Of a stretch of 64,000 nt of DNA, positions 1 to 14,092 are shown piece after piece. The stretch covers positions 45,501-109,500 of the forward strand of contig NMRA01000774.1 of the NCBI GenBank assembly GCA_002633005.1, in the 5' to 3' direction. Position numbers and translations under genes: made by a program. Below the pieces are notes generated by a model. It worked only from the letters and a program-made list of their open reading frames with translations. It searched no databases and had not been told where the DNA came from. Numbering within the stretch: the stretch's first letter is position 1; each line of letters opens with the position of its first letter. The stretch is from Phoronis australis. Lineage: Eukaryota; Animalia; Phoronida.

Positions 1-270
1 GCGAACAGTAAAATGTTTGTTTGGCCAAAGTTCACCCGTTAAGTCATAAAATGGTAATTGCCGACCAAGGACACGCTTAATCCGAATTGGTCGTCTACGC
101 TAGGCGACCACTTAGCCGACCCAAGTGCCGACCACAGAGGCGACTCAGTAGACGGCTCCTAGCCGACCGTTGTTGGTCGGCTGCTGGTCGGCTAGACGAC
201 CGGTCGACGGCCGGTCGTCGACCAATTTCCGACCGGTCGGCCAAAAATTCGTGATGTGTGCTGTAGCTAC
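1..270. mobile_element. End of a non-autonomous DNA transposon (Harbinger-like terminus) with CGACC/GGTCG microrepeats
   Basis: Dense CCGACC/GGTCGG/GTCGAC repeats ending in CGTGATGTGTGCTGTAGC. The other end is outside the window. Confidence 0.35.
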
Positions 271-452
271 TAGTCACCGAAAATGTTGAGTTTTGAGATT
301 TAAAAGTGCTCAAATGGTTGTTAAGTTATTGGGCTTTTTTCTTAGCAAATAAACTTTGATAAAACTAGTATTTTTTGTTTTGTTTTTTTTTTGACTGTGA
401 ATTACCATTTTGATGATGAGCCCTTCAGGTGTCTCTGATCACTGAAGAAAAA

Positions 453-913
453 ATGGCTGATGAGGTGGTGGAAGTAGTTAATATAGTGTGTTAGTTGGCA
501 TAATCCTTCAAATCTGGTTGATGGAGCTTCAAAGGAACATCGAAACCATGCAGCAAGCAACTGAAGCACTAACTGATTGCAGCAAGTCCATAGCAAGCCA
601 TCTGAAATTTGTTAAAGTCATCGACCCAGTCCCGTTCAGTGACAGTGCTGAAACAGTGAAAGTGGCAGCTGATTCTTGCCAGGGTCAGAGTGGGCTTGTC
701 TACAACAGTTTGCCCCCCTCCCACCCCACAGTTTGTGAAAATCGTCGATCTCAGCATGGAATCAGATGGAGGCCAAGTAAAAGTAAGATATGTGCCCACC
801 TTCATCAGAAAGGCTCTAAGCCCAAGGCCAAGCTTGAGTTTGGAATGCAAGTGGAAATACAGTCAACAAAGAATTTCTGGAAGAACAGAATGTATCGATT
901 CCAGTTGGGTCAG
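453..913 (+). pseudogene. Frameshifted N-terminal exon of the Sola3-like element protein
   Basis: Reads VCENRRSQHGIRWRPSKSKICAHLH, then after a frameshift KEFLEEQNVSIPVGS followed by the donor GTAAGT at 914. Colinear with the HRAHLEILWKPCRLCKHPFH...FPVGP|GTGAGT exon at 27000-27460. Confidence 0.45.
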
Positions 914-2729
914 GTAAGTTGTTATGCAGCTGCAGGTCATCAATACTCTATAGCTGTTGATAACGACATTATTATATTTGCTTTTTCAACTAGATTTTGA
1001 CTGCAGTCGCCATAAAGGGCACAACCCTACATGAAGTAAAGCGACACTCGAGTACTAGAGTAATTTTAGTAACTTCTTCCAGTACTGACTTGTATTAGTA
1101 AAATATTCACTTTATCTCAATATTTAGGGTTTGTTTAAATACATTCCATTTTATGAATACGCATGTGTAAAAAGTGAAAATTTGGTGTCCATTATCAAAA
1201 GACTTAATCGAGCCCTTGTCTCCTAGCTGACACCAATTTCTCATCTAATTCACCTGTAGTCACTTCTGATTGGTCACATTGTTCTATCTGTATAACCAGA
1301 GATACATAATTTTCCAAATATGCAGTGGAACCCCATTACAATAGGGCCTAATTTAATTAAAATGGCTAAAGTTTTAACACCGTTAAGGTCCCTAATACCT
1401 GAAGCATTCAACCTCATGAACAAGACTGGGGAAAACATTTGGGGATTCAAAATACAGCATTGTATTGGGAGTTCTGTTATGCCTACTTTCCATAAAATTC
1501 TATTGCAGGTCTATGCAGAAATTGTAAGCGTTTACCAAAGAAGTTAGCCACTGTTGTTGAGTACTAGTAAGTAGTTATAGTTAATGAATTGGAGTGTTGT
1601 TACACAAAACCTTTTTCTGAGATTCTTGGTTCCAAGATTAAGTGCATCAACATTTAATGATAGCAAAACAATAGTTGTAGTAGATTTTTATTTCAGTTGT
1701 TTTGTGGTTGCTTATAAACCTCATAGACAAATAAAAATGCCGTGCATTAAGCGAATTTTGCGTCTCTGAAGTTTTACTGCACAAGTTGTCCATAGTTACA
1801 GGAGTATGTAACAACAAGGTTTGCGCAAATTGCCTCAAATATTAACAGGGCTGGTGGGCTTGTAAACTGCGCATTGACTCAAAAACTGGTGACAGTCTCA
1901 CTAACTCATCTGCTAGGAAACATTACTGATGGACTGTAACACTGTCCTTGTATTTGCAGACAAAACACTGCAGGTGTTCTGTATTTACTGTCTTGTCAAC
2001 CATGTCTCTCAGACAAAGTGGATTTGGCTCCACGCACTGCAATTTTTGGGTGCATAAGTTATGTTTTGCGAGCTTGGGCCAGAGCTTGTGAGTCAATGGA
2101 TAGCGTTAACAGACCTTGAACTACACTGTGCTGTATGTTTATTTGAGGAGCTATGTTCATAAGTGCACAATCTGTTTAGTTCTGTTCCAGTTATTTCACC
2201 ACAACTGTCAACATTTGAAAATTCCTCTGAGAGGGAAGACTGCTTGTAATGAAAGCTTTGGTACTCCAAATAGGTCATAACAGGATTTTTATAGTTGCTC
2301 CGGGTTGCTTTAGTGACCACTGAGGCAAATTTTGAAAGGTGCATTTAGCTAAAAATATTGAGGATGCAATTGAATTCCTTTTAGCCTGAAAATCATGTAC
2401 TAAAACATAAAATTTTCTCAATCAGCATCGTGGCATGGAGAGTGTTGGATCTTGTCTTAACTTTATGGCATTTCGAAGCTGTGACAATACTATATATCAA
2501 AATTGGTGGTTTTCCAGGTTTTAGTAGTGAACTTACATTTTAATTAATTGACGACAACTTTTGTTTTGAGTGCTGCTTGCACACAATGAGGGTAGCATGC
2601 ATATGTGAGTGGCCATCTTTCCAAGCTATTTTGAATGGTGAAAATAAATACTTTGGGGAAAGGCTATTTATGGAAAATATAATTCTTGTGTTTACGGATT
2701 AAGTTGCATATAATTGTAATATTTACAGG

Positions 2730-3070
2730 CAAATTTTTCAAGTGGAAACGAGGGGGACCAACCATCATTCTGGCTGGCCGCGCCTAGCCAAAGATCCATA
2801 AGTCGAATCAGTTTCTCACTGCTGCATCTGATGGAAGAGTCAACCCTGTTAGCACCCAGCTTCTAACTGACAACTATGAATTTGCCGAAAGGTCCTAGCG
2901 ATATTACAAACAAAAAGCCAGCAACGCAATATATGTTACGGTAACCCATGAATGTATTGCTCCTGGTTATATTGATGTTCTGAAGAATGTCTCTCACCTC
3001 AGCAGATTAAATATGTTCCCGTTAAGCAGCACTCAATCGTTGTGGGAAACTCGCACAATTTGATGCCTTT
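2730..3070 (+). pseudogene. Downstream degenerate exon of the same element
   Basis: After a TTTACAG acceptor it reads NQFLTAASDGRVNPVSTQL...RYYKQKASNAI...CIAPG with an in-frame stop. Confidence 0.3.
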
Positions 3071-3743
3071 GGAATGAAAAGAATCGCTGAGGAAGACCGT
3101 CGATTTGAACTGTGACAAAATATTGTTGAGTTAGTTGGAATTGCCGCAGTAGCACATTTCATGTTTATAAGACTCAGAGACATTTGAAATACAGTATGTC
3201 AAAAGCAGTCAGACAAAATGCTATTTCCTTTTCGTGACGTGTCATCTATGCTGACTAAAGGTGTCTCATTGTACGCCTAATTTGCTTGCTTTTTGTAAAT
3301 GTGACCCCATTTGTTCTTTTCTATTTACTTGTGTGTAATTTGTCTGTGTCCTATATCAGCCTCAATATAGTATTACTATTCTCTAAACTACTTTGGTTTT
3401 TGTTTAACATTTGGCTATCTTATCGTTTTGCTACATAAGTACAGTATAAGCTGCTCGGCTGCATCTCTATGTCTAACATATTGTACAATAATTTAAGTCA
3501 AGACAGTTTTTAAATATTGCCCAACTTTGTTCCAAAATCTCTTTGCAGGATTACCCAAGTTCACTACATGTATATGCAGTCTGAATGTTAACTTTGTGCG
3601 TTTTATTTTCGTTTTGCTGCTCATGAATTGTCATGATTTTTCAATGAAGTAGCTGACACTACATGCATTAGTCTCGAGACTTCTGAATTTTTGGAGTCTG
3701 ACTGATGGTAAGCACCAAACACCATTGCATATCCATACTAAAC

Positions 3744-4042
3744 TCGGGCGGATCCAGGATTTCGAGTTGGGGGGCAGGGCACAGAATTGCGCCACATCCG
3801 CGCGCCCACCCTAAAATGTAGGGATGCAGGGGTCTCGGAATTTTTGGGTTTGTGGACCTTATTACTAAAAAAATCCGGTAAACGGGGTTTGCTCAAGGCC
3901 AATGCATTGTGCATTCGCCCACGGACCCCCCTGGGTGCGCGCATATGCTAGTCAGCAATTAGCACCCCGAACTGAAAAATGGTATCTGGGAGAATTTTAG
4001 GGGGGCATGGCCCCCTCGGCCCCCTCCTGAAATCCGCCATTG
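3744..4042. mobile_element. GC-rich MITE-like repeat (GGCGGATCCAGGA...GAAATCCGCCATTG)
   Basis: Inverted GGCGGATC/ATCCGCC ends with G/C runs. Related ends occur at about 48640-48670 and 48772-49058. Confidence 0.55.
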
Positions 4043-6059
4043 AAACTGTGATAGATGCAAAGAACATCTGATTTTTCTGCTATCGTGCGTGTGAAATACT
4101 CGGTTTCCTGTGTTTTTTATGAAAATGTCTACGAACCTTCCGCAAATACGTCATTCTATGCGTTGGCGGTGAAAACTAAAAAACATTGGTATCCATAATG
4201 CGAGAATATTCAGACATCCATATGCACATCTGGGCGTGTGCTGTTCGGGGACTTTCCCGAATGAGAAGCGTAAGAAAAGTTATTCAACAACGCCAATTTC
4301 ACCGGTAGTCGACTATCCTTATAAGATCAGTTTTTCTAACCTCATTTCACAGCATCTAACCAATACCATTTCAATAAATCTTTTTTAGGACTAACTACTT
4401 TGCTGTCTGATTTGTTCGGGTTTGGTGATATACACTGTATGGCCATGCAGTTGTCTCCTAACGGCCCAATACACCTATTATTGTTTTTTATAAAATTCGT
4501 TGAATTGAGATGGGTCGGGACACGATCAACTGACTTCGAGAACATTAGAAAACTAAATTTCAATCAGACCCACACATTAAAATTTTAGAATTCGAGTTCC
4601 CAGTTATGTATAACTGAAGACTTACTTTAGAGATTTTTTACTCAACCATAATGCATTTTGAAACGGTGAGTATATGCACATGCTATTGGCAGCGTTATCG
4701 TCAGGGTCAAAAGAAACCAACGTGTCTTGTTGTGCTTCTCATTATTTTCTGTAAAGTAACAAAATTAAAGCTCTCTCGATATGTTCGATCGCCTATTTTA
4801 AGATTTCAAAACTGTATTTTGAATCCTCGCATACATCTGTTGCTATGCAGACATTGGCCAGTTGCATAATTTTGGAGAGGTGCCCTACATCTAGAGCCCG
4901 AAGCGGTATGAAGAAGGTTGATTGCCTAGACTTTTTGTGGTTTATTTTGTAGCGCTAAGATCAATCTAAACACAGGTTGTAGATTTGTTGTTTTAAATTT
5001 GGCTTCAGCTGAGATATTGAGGCAGGAAGTAGGGCAAATTTCAACATTTTATAATCACCACAAACTAGCTAAACTGGTAGCCTTCAAAAACGGTTAAGAT
5101 GTAACTGAAACCTTGACATTCTCTATGACTGGCAAGTTGAAAGACACCCCAATTAAGTGATAAAATTGAAGTGTTTCCTTTTGCACTACTGTTCTCAAGG
5201 TAAGTTCGCAAAAAGTGCCAAAATGTAGCTGTAGCGAGGCTTGGAATTGGCAGAAAAACAACGTTCCCATAGCAACCACAAGGTGGCGCACGCAAAAAAT
5301 TAACGTTGATATGAAGGTTGGGGCATCAACCCCTACCATCATGCAAACAATCGAGGAAATCCGTGACATAGCCCTTGTCACTGTTTGCCTGGTCCATTCG
5401 TGGACGTGCTCTTAAGACTTTTTATTGCAAAAGAGTTCAGTTTTTTATTAATTAAAAGATATCCAGATCAAAGGTAAGTTGTTGAAACCATGAAGTAAAA
5501 CTGGAATCACCTTGATTACATACATATAGTATTGTGTGGTAAATGGGTTATTTGAATCGAAAGCCTGGAAATCCCTGGATGTTGTTTAGTTATATGAGAA
5601 TGTGGATACAAACACTAGAGACGTCATGAAAATCAGATTGACAATTATGGAAAAGGTCAGTACGTACTTGATAATAGTTGTCATAAAAGTCCACGTAGAT
5701 GGTTTGGATGTACATTGACTTACATGTACATGTATGACAGCAGATGCTTAATGGCAAAAATGTTAAGCGATTGCAGACCTTATGCAATTTTAAGATGACA
5801 AGAAATACAGTTCCACAGTTAGAGGCACTAATAACGCGATGTTTGCAAACTGCAATAGAAACATTATCAGGACTACAAATATTTCTTAAATTTTTTGCAA
5901 AATTGTGCCCGTCTGAAATCGTTGAATCGAATTAACTTATAGTGGAAATAATTACTCTGAAGAGCTTAAGCATGGGCTTATACATATTGAAGTGTCGTTT
6001 CCTAACGTCTTAATGAGCATCCTTATCTCAAACAGTTAAGTCCTTGAGCCAGGTTTTGG

Positions 6060-6480
6060 CGGATTGTTCTAGAACCCCTTCGACCTCCAAAACCCGTAAT
6101 CTCCTAGACCCGTGACCCCTTCGACCCACGGCCCACAACTGCCTCGACTCAATCTACACAAGGTCTACTGGATCTGGACATAGAAAAGTGCTGACTTTCA
6201 GAACCAACGAATGAAGCCGTTAGCTCGGCTGGATATTTCTTGTTTTTTTGCAATCAAGAGAGTCAATTCGTCAAATTTGAACGCCCGGCAAAACAGGAAA
6301 AACACCAAATTAAATCAAAGACCCGACAAAGTGTAATCGTATAGGGAATTATTCAGTGAATGGCAGATTCAATCCATTTTAGGGAGAGTGCGAGGAATCG
6401 ATGCAAGAGCAACATCTGCAGCAAATGCAGATTAAAAAACAAATTGTTAATTAAAAAGAATCCCAAAGTTACATGAAGTA
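6060..6480 (-). mobile_element. Partial copy of the MITE family with CGGATTGTTCTA termini
   Basis: Reverse-complement match to the right half of the 8970-10030 copy. Truncated next to the LINE 3' end. Confidence 0.6.
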
Positions 6481-6484
6481 TATT

Positions 6485-8780
6485 GAATAATAATAAACGT
6501 TATTGAACTTGAAGAAATCCAGCCCATAGTACAGTAATATCAAAATACATAAAAGTACAAAGACGCTTGCATAACGGTAATATATATAGTTCATCATCTA
6601 TACTCTTAGTATAGTTTGACTAGTTCGCTAGGCGTGCAGCAGGTTGATAGACAAGTTGAGCAATTTTGAGACGTCTTGCACAAATCTAATGAATGTAGAA
6701 TATTAGCATTTTTTGAACCTAGGAATGAACTTATCTCGCAAAACATCATATAAAGTACAATTTGTAACAAAATGGAACTCGTCCCGGGTTACAGAAATTC
6801 AAAATTTTTTGCAAATCACACAGTTTGTAAATTCCCTATCAGTTTTATCCCTCCCTGCTTCAATTTCTAAACAAAGATTGGAGCAACTAATTTTAGTTAT
6901 GAATTTTCTAATATGTTTAAACAACGCTCTACACATCTTATAAAGTAATTTCTAACCCTAAATATGTGCTTACAAAAGGTTACCTGCACATTCTCAATGG
7001 CTTAGTGGGTGATAACCCCACACTTCTGAGCCGTAGTATAGTGTGGGTGTTATTGATTTATCAAATATTCGCAAGGCAGTTTTGCAGTTTAAGCCATTGA
7101 TAGTTTTGTCAAATCTTATTACAGAAAACATAGCCTTCATGGCTTATGCAGCGAGTTCATCAGAATTTTTACTCCAGCATGTTAGGGAGGACAATGTACA
7201 TCATAAGTACTTAAAATGCGACACTGTGTCCATTGATTTCAAATTATATGACCACTTCTCAATATTTTCCAAATAACTACCATTTCGGAAAACCATTATC
7301 TTTGTTTTATCAATATAGACCTTTATACAAAATTGTTTAGAGAAATGTTGCATAATCATTATTTGTTTTTGCAAATGTCTCGGTGTATATGCAATATTTG
7401 CCTTGTCACCAACATACAGTACATATAATACATCAGGAGACTCACTGTCAGTAGAAATACTCTGATAATAGGATTCTTTCAGGTGTTTGACTTATTCATT
7501 TAAAAACATTGTGAACAGGAAAGGACTTCGGACAAATCCTTGCCTCACTCCTGTTGTGTATTTAAAGAAGCTTGTTCGGTGAGTATTGTCCATTGGTACA
7601 CACGATTCTAACTTTTCATACATTAATTGGATTACTTTCAAAGTGTTGCCATGGACTCCAGCATTGATAAGTTTATGGAGCAGGACTCTGGATTGTACAA
7701 TATCAAACACCGATTTAAAATCTACGAAAAAGGCATAACATCTACCCATTTTCTTACTTTTAAGTAATAATTAAAAGTATTTCTGCACCAATGAATTTAG
7801 GGTATATATCTGGTCCATTGCGCTAGTGTATGATGTTTTAAATCCAGCCTGCTCTTCATACAAAGTTTTTGTATCAGTTACCCACTGCATCTAGACGCTT
7901 ATTAATTGTATCGACAAACAATTTGTTTAATGTATTAAGCACCGGTATGCCATTAAATCGTCTTTTTTGTTTATCTGGACAATTAGCGCTTTACTACAAT
8001 CCCCTGGCATGGCGTAATTAAAGGAGCATTGAACAACTTAGACAGGTATGGCGGGACTATAATTGGCTGAGAGAGGTTCATGAGTTCACCAGGAATTCCA
8101 TCCATGCCAGTGCCCTTGTTATTTTTAATACATTGCATTGTTCACTGTTTCTGTTATAGGTTCATTCAGATCCCTTTTATTATCAAAACAATGATTACAA
8201 TGTCTGTAATGCAATCAATTTGTTACTGAGGTCATCTTGAGAGGAAAATTCTTCGTCCATTAATGAACAACTAGACTTTAATAGAGTATAAAAGTGTTCT
8301 TACACTGATGTGCAGTGATATCAGTTTTAATTACATGCTTCTTTTTACTTTGTTTTTTCAATAATTTCCCACGATTCATTTGGGTATTTAGCCGTTTGTT
8401 TAAGTTGATCGCACATCGTTATTCTTTACAACTCTTGTTTAGTTTGAACATTAGTTTTGAAATCTTTCTTAAATCTTTTATATTCTATTTAGAGTAAATC
8501 TACATTTTTGCAATTTATTTAATGTTTTACTCTAGCGCTCTTTTTTCTCATAACCCCACGGGGCTTGATCCCGTTTAAAATTCCCTTTATTGTTAACAGT
8601 TTTTCTAGACTTGGTGATTCCCATTGACTCACCTACTGTTTTGTAAAACGATTCTAAAATGCCATCCGCATGGTCTATGTTATTGTTGTCTATACTTCCA
8701 TGAAGGTGAGGGATAATTTTTTGGCATATTCACCGTTCATTTATCTGCCATTGAACTATTCCATCGAAGTTTATTTTTAA
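6485..8780 (-). mobile_element. Degenerate non-LTR retrotransposon (LINE, RTEX/CR1-like) reverse transcriptase region
   Basis: ORF 7492-7749 reads YAFFVDFKSVFD...GVRQGFVRSPFLFTMFLNE. Flanking frames give EEQAGF, KTKIMVFRNG and FKYL. A short (ATT)n-like 3' tail lies near 6485-6500. Many stops and frameshifts. Confidence 0.85.
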
Positions 8781-8969
8781 CGATTATACAACAGAAAGAA
8801 TAGAAGAAAAATGCGACTGAAAATACGTTCATTCACGTTAACGTACTCTCTCCATAAGTTTAGTAGAACATGGTATTGGTAGCCGATTGTGTAACTATTT
8901 TTGTGGTAACGATGGTACGCTGACTATTTGCTATTTCAGATCATAGTTTACGTCACTTTCTGTTCTTAA

Positions 8970-10030
8970 CAAATTGTTCTAAAACCTTTTCAACCCCCAC
9001 ACCCCACGACCCAATCGACTCACGGCCTATGGCAGTAGATGTATCTTAGCGCTGTTTACACGTTTCATAATCATATTACGTCGCTGAATGACTTTCCCAT
9101 AAGATTTACCTACCCGTTAATATGCTGTGGCTCAAGTCTGGTGTATAAAACAGAAAGATTCGTCAAAAATGATCTGAAAGAGCGAAATGCTACAGTGTTA
9201 TCGTTGTCACGGTAATAGCTCCACGAGCGGCTACCAATGGCCCTGTTCTTTTAAACTGAGGGGGAGAGTATGTTAACGTGAGTGAACATGATCACACATT
9301 CTGTTATTTGCTTTCTGTTTTATAGTCGTTTACAATGTATTCCATTTAGATACTTTCTGAATAACGGTTTCTTTGTTCAAACTGTATTTAATGATTCAGA
9401 AGAAATTTCATATTCCTCGGTCCCTCGCACTCTCCCAAAAGGCTTGAACCTGACACCCACTGAAGAGCAGACGAGAAGATTACACTTTGCAGGGAACGAC
9501 ATATGTAATGTTGGTAGGTCTTTGATTTGACTTGGTCCGAGTTGTCTTCTTTTTGGCTTTCAAACTTGCTGATTCGACTATCTTAATTGCAAAAAAGGAG
9601 AAGCCAATCAAGCTCACGGCCCGTCTCGTTCGTCCTGCAAGTCAACTCAGGTTCTATGTTCAGATAGAGTTGAGCTTTTGTAGTCTGAGTCAAAGGGGTT
9701 GTGGGCCGTGGGTCGAGGGGGTCGTGCGTCGAGTGGGTCGTGGGTCGAGAAGGCCGTTGGGAGGGTGGTCTAGGAGGTCGAGAGGTTTTTGAACAATTCT
9801 TTTTTAACCACCAAAGTTGAACCATAGCAGGTTCACCTATAGGTGCATCACTTGGGAGTCTTTCAGAGACGTAATATGATTACAAAATGTGTAAAAAGCG
9901 CAAAAATAATTAATTGGCACAAGTCGTGGGTCGAGAGGGTTGTGGGTCGTGGGGGCTTAGGGTTGAGAGCGTCGTGGGTCGAGGGGGTCCTGAAGTGTTT
10001 GGTCGAGGGTGGTGTTTTTAGAACAATCCG
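8970..10030 (+). mobile_element. About 1.05-kb MITE with ATTGTTCTAAAA / TTTTAGAACAATCCG termini and GACCCACGACCC subterminal repeats
   Basis: Terminal inverted repeats visible. Colinear with 52895-53784 and 6060-6480. Confidence 0.7.
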
Positions 10031-13000
10031 TTTGAGGCAGCTGCAACTATTTCGTTAGTATTTTGGGAATGGAAATTGTTCAAATTTCTGTTTTTGTCCT
10101 TAAATTGAAACGAAATATAGGGTTTGCAATACCTATCACGATGCAGTGTGTTGCAAGTGACACTTATCGCAACTTAATGGACTAATTGTCCGAAATTATC
10201 CAATTGTACAATACAGAGGACATTCATTTCGGGAAAGAGTGAAGTTTGATTCTAAAAACGGAACCGCTTTTGCGTTCCCAGTACTTCTCTAAAAAGATAC
10301 CCATGGTATTAGTGCAACAAATGTTTTTAACGAAGAGCCACACCGAATTAGCAGAGTTGTTCATTATAATCGCATGAATTTGATATTAATAAAGAACGAG
10401 ATTTTAAAGTTCATGTCTTCTTTGATGTCTCAAACATCATCATCAGAACAAGCATGACTTTGATTTTTCTCAAATCAAAATTGTTGTTTATCGTTATTTT
10501 CAATAACATCTGCAGCTGTTTTCTCGACCTGGACTGGCTGTGCCAATTTAAATATGAAGCAGGTGATGAAAAAAGATCCGAAAAATGTTGATGCCATTAA
10601 GTTGTAATATTAAACGTTGGTTAGAATTGAAAGACGCAAAACATTATTTCAGCGACATCGTACCGCGCATTGGCACAACCGACGTATTTATGCTAGAGGG
10701 CGTTTCAATGCTGAGTCACGGATGAGAAACGAATGGTTTCAAATATAAAATTCAGTTTGATAACCCGACCTAACGAGGACAACGGAGCGACAACATTAAC
10801 AATTTATTGTCATTTGAATATACTAAGTTGAGGAATGTGTACACCTGTAAAACACAAATGCTAGCAAAATTGGTGAATCGTGAAATCTCAGAGTCATCTA
10901 GAGCATGATACAAGTTTATACATCTTGATAGCACAATAAAATACGTCAAGAATGGGTAGACAAAGGAAAGGTATAAAATTACGATTGTACTATGCGTTAT
11001 GGACATCTCATCCTACATGCAGTATGACAGAAAGAAAAAAATGTCTCCTCTGAATCTGTTCAGTCTCAGAACTCGACCCTGGGACTTGAAATTAGACAAG
11101 AAATGGCTACCACTTTTGTTTTATTACTCCTGCAAGTCTATAGGTACAGTTGCCCTGAAAAAATAGCCCGTTGGCTTTGGCGGCAAATTGTATGTCGCGG
11201 ACGGTGATCAGAGATTGTCAGTTATTCGTCTAAATGGGTATTAACTTGGACTCGGGTCATACTTTAATTTCCCACCCCTTTGATACCCCATACGCAATTT
11301 TACCATTTACATCTAACAAAATTGGCATACTGAAAGCTGAATACAAAATAAGTTTTGAAACAATGTGTTCAAATGTTGTTGTATTTTATTTCATTTTCGG
11401 CTAGTCTCTACATATTGCTCTTCGAGCCACCGTTTCGGAGAATCGATGTTGTTAACTACGATTTCGGGAGTAATGAACTTTTCAGAACGTCCAAGTCACG
11501 GAACACCTTTGATATTCCGCGTCTTTATTTTTTTCTTGGAGGACAACGTTATCTGCGCGAATGCGAACTCCAATTACACCGGTGTAGCTCTCCGTAGATC
11601 AAGTTTGTCGCAAGAAAATAGAGATCTTTAAAAATCACGAGAATGTACGAAAGTGTAATCAAAGATAGTGTTTCGCATGTATGCTTGATACCTTGCAAAC
11701 TGGCCGCCCCTGGAGTGATTGGTTTGGGAAAACCGAATGCCCATTTATACGATGGGATAGAATTGACTGTTTTCGTTCCATAGTGAACATTTTTGGACGC
11801 GGTTTCCAGACAATGTCCTGGATCTGCGATTTGTGCAGTTGGTGAAAGGGAACTTTTTTAAGTTCCAAAGTTTCTTATTCCCAAAGTTATCGTTATGCAG
11901 GTATGATTGGGTCATTTAAAATGCACATTTGTCGAGCATCCGAAACAATGCTTTCTTTTGCTTTTTCCTGGGAAAACAAACACTTACCTCTAAACAGTAT
12001 TCACGTAAAACACTTCCGGTGTGACGTCGATATTCTGCTTTAATTAATTGTCAGTGTACCTTCAACAGTATCTAACTTCTCTAGTACAAGCTAGCAATCG
12101 TCAGTTCCGTTTTGGCAACAGTGGACATGCAGTGCAAACCGTCCAGTCCCATCTCTATATATGTGCATGTACATGTAGGTATCCTTCCAGCACAGTGCGA
12201 CCTACATGTATATAGAGGCCTGATTTAACGTTGAAGATTCATTAGCAACCTTTCACGGCGTAGGCTCAAGTAACTCTGTGCTATGCAGATCACAAGAAAG
12301 TCAATTTCGCAGAACGCAAACTGAAACCAGATCATCGACAAAATCAAACAAAAGGTAAGTCACGACCAGGTCTCATACGGCCGTTGAGGCTTGAGGCACA
12401 CACATGCACGCATACATCAATAGTACAATTGAACAACTAGTTCTCTGAACACAAAACGAAAGTAAAAGTGTCTGGTGTTACTCAGTAAAAATGCCAATCA
12501 TTTGCTCTTATGTGTAAATTTAGAGTAATTCAGAGTTGGGAATTAATGCTAGCCGTGCACTGAAGTACTTTGCTGCAGCTGTAGACTCAAGTAACTTTGC
12601 GTGACTCTGTGTCTCTTTGGCGCGCTGCAGGGATGTTTTAAAATATTCCAACAACTGCCTGTGAAATCACTTGGATTTTCATGAAACAAAGTGATTGTCT
12701 ATAACCTCGAAACTGATCTTCAAGTTTGCAACTATTTTGTAAAATCCTTATATAACGTGGCAAATTGGCAAGCGTGGCGAACATTCTTGAAGAATTTATC
12801 GACGTAGACAACTCTGGGAAATTGCACAAACTTTACCTGACAGTAATCACTGCTTAGTGCATTGTTGGGTTTAAAATCCGACCAAAATAATGTTTCCCCA
12901 CGTCAATGTCCGAGATCAGCGTAACAATCCGCGTTCAACAGTAGACGGGGTCAGATAACAAAAAGTCTGCCATTTTCCCACGAGCAGAGTGTGGTTAAGT

Positions 13001-13589
13001 AAATGTAAGGTGATACATGTATGCGCGGTTCACATAACTTTTCCACAATACGGTAATCGTGTGATCAATTGCTGCTGCCCGAGTCAATAATCAATCTTCC
13101 ACAGTTCGAACAAAAGCACATCTATGCAAAGCATACGACTACACAAATACTGCCAGGTCACTGAATAAAAAGCGAAAGGGAAAGTGTGTCCGAATGAAAA
13201 ATGAATACAGTTCAAAGAGCGAGGGCTATTAAATGACACAAATTCTCCCTGTATGGGACGCAATTCGCAATACGGCACGATTAGTGTTTAAATGTTTGTT
13301 TCCATTGATTTTCAAATAAAAGTTTCATACAGTTGTAGTATTTCAAGGCAAACCGATTTGATAAACAATTACCGGTAGCCTTAAACGATGCTTATCAATT
13401 GACATTACTTTGTCAAAATCAATAAAACTTGAGGCTGAGCTATACATTGAATAAGTTCTGTCCCGTCACCAGATCTTGTTACTTCGACTGTTATCATAAG
13501 CGTTGTTATTGTTGTTTTGTTGCTATGATACGTCCCGAAAATTCTATAGTCTGTGTGGGTCAAACTTTTAGATGACCTTGGTTACTTTA

Positions 13590-13635
13590 ATTGTCCTGAT
13601 GATGATATGTGAGGTGTCGAAACGTGTTTAATATG
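13590..13635 (+). ncRNA. Degenerate minimal hammerhead-ribozyme-like motif (Penelope-type)
   Basis: CTGATGA-T-GATAT-GTGAG-GTGTC-GAAAC: core boxes plus stem II. Stem I pairing is not evident. Confidence 0.35.
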
Positions 13636-14092
13636 AAAGATATTGTTTTTATTAATATCGTCACTGTTCACGAGTGTTTTTGACGTTTTACACGTGTCCC
13701 AGCATAAGCTACATGTATTGTACATGGACCGCTAAATCCGTATACTTTCAATGTACGAAATCTGATCTCTTACATAGGCAATGGCGTCATTATTCACTAG
13801 CGACATCTGGCCAAATTATCTGGTTATAATTCCCGCAAGTACGTCCTCTAGGATATTATGCCAGAAAATGTCGGAGTTGCAATTTGTTGGCTAAAATCTA
13901 TGGTTCCACTATTCCCGAGTGCTTTACTACTGGGCATGCTCACATGTCACGCGACTGTTAGTTCAAATTTAGAGTTGTTTAACTGAACGGAGGGCATTGT
14001 TATTATCGTAAACCGTTTGCAAAAATAATAATTTAGTTATGCAGCACCGTCACAATTTTTCGTAGCAGAGCAAGGTTATTTGAAGAAATCAG

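Larger units (their letters stand above)
271..5411 (+). mobile_element. Degenerate Sola3-like DNA transposon (right end present, left end not identified)
   Basis: Ends ...CCTGGTCCATTCGTGGACGTGCTC|TTAA (5409-5415). This terminus is the reverse-complement homolog of TTAA|GAGCATGTTCGCGAATGGACCAGG at 24208. Internal exon relics resemble those of the 24212-28604 element. GAG/CTC termini with TTAA are the described Sola3 hallmarks. Confidence 0.5.
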
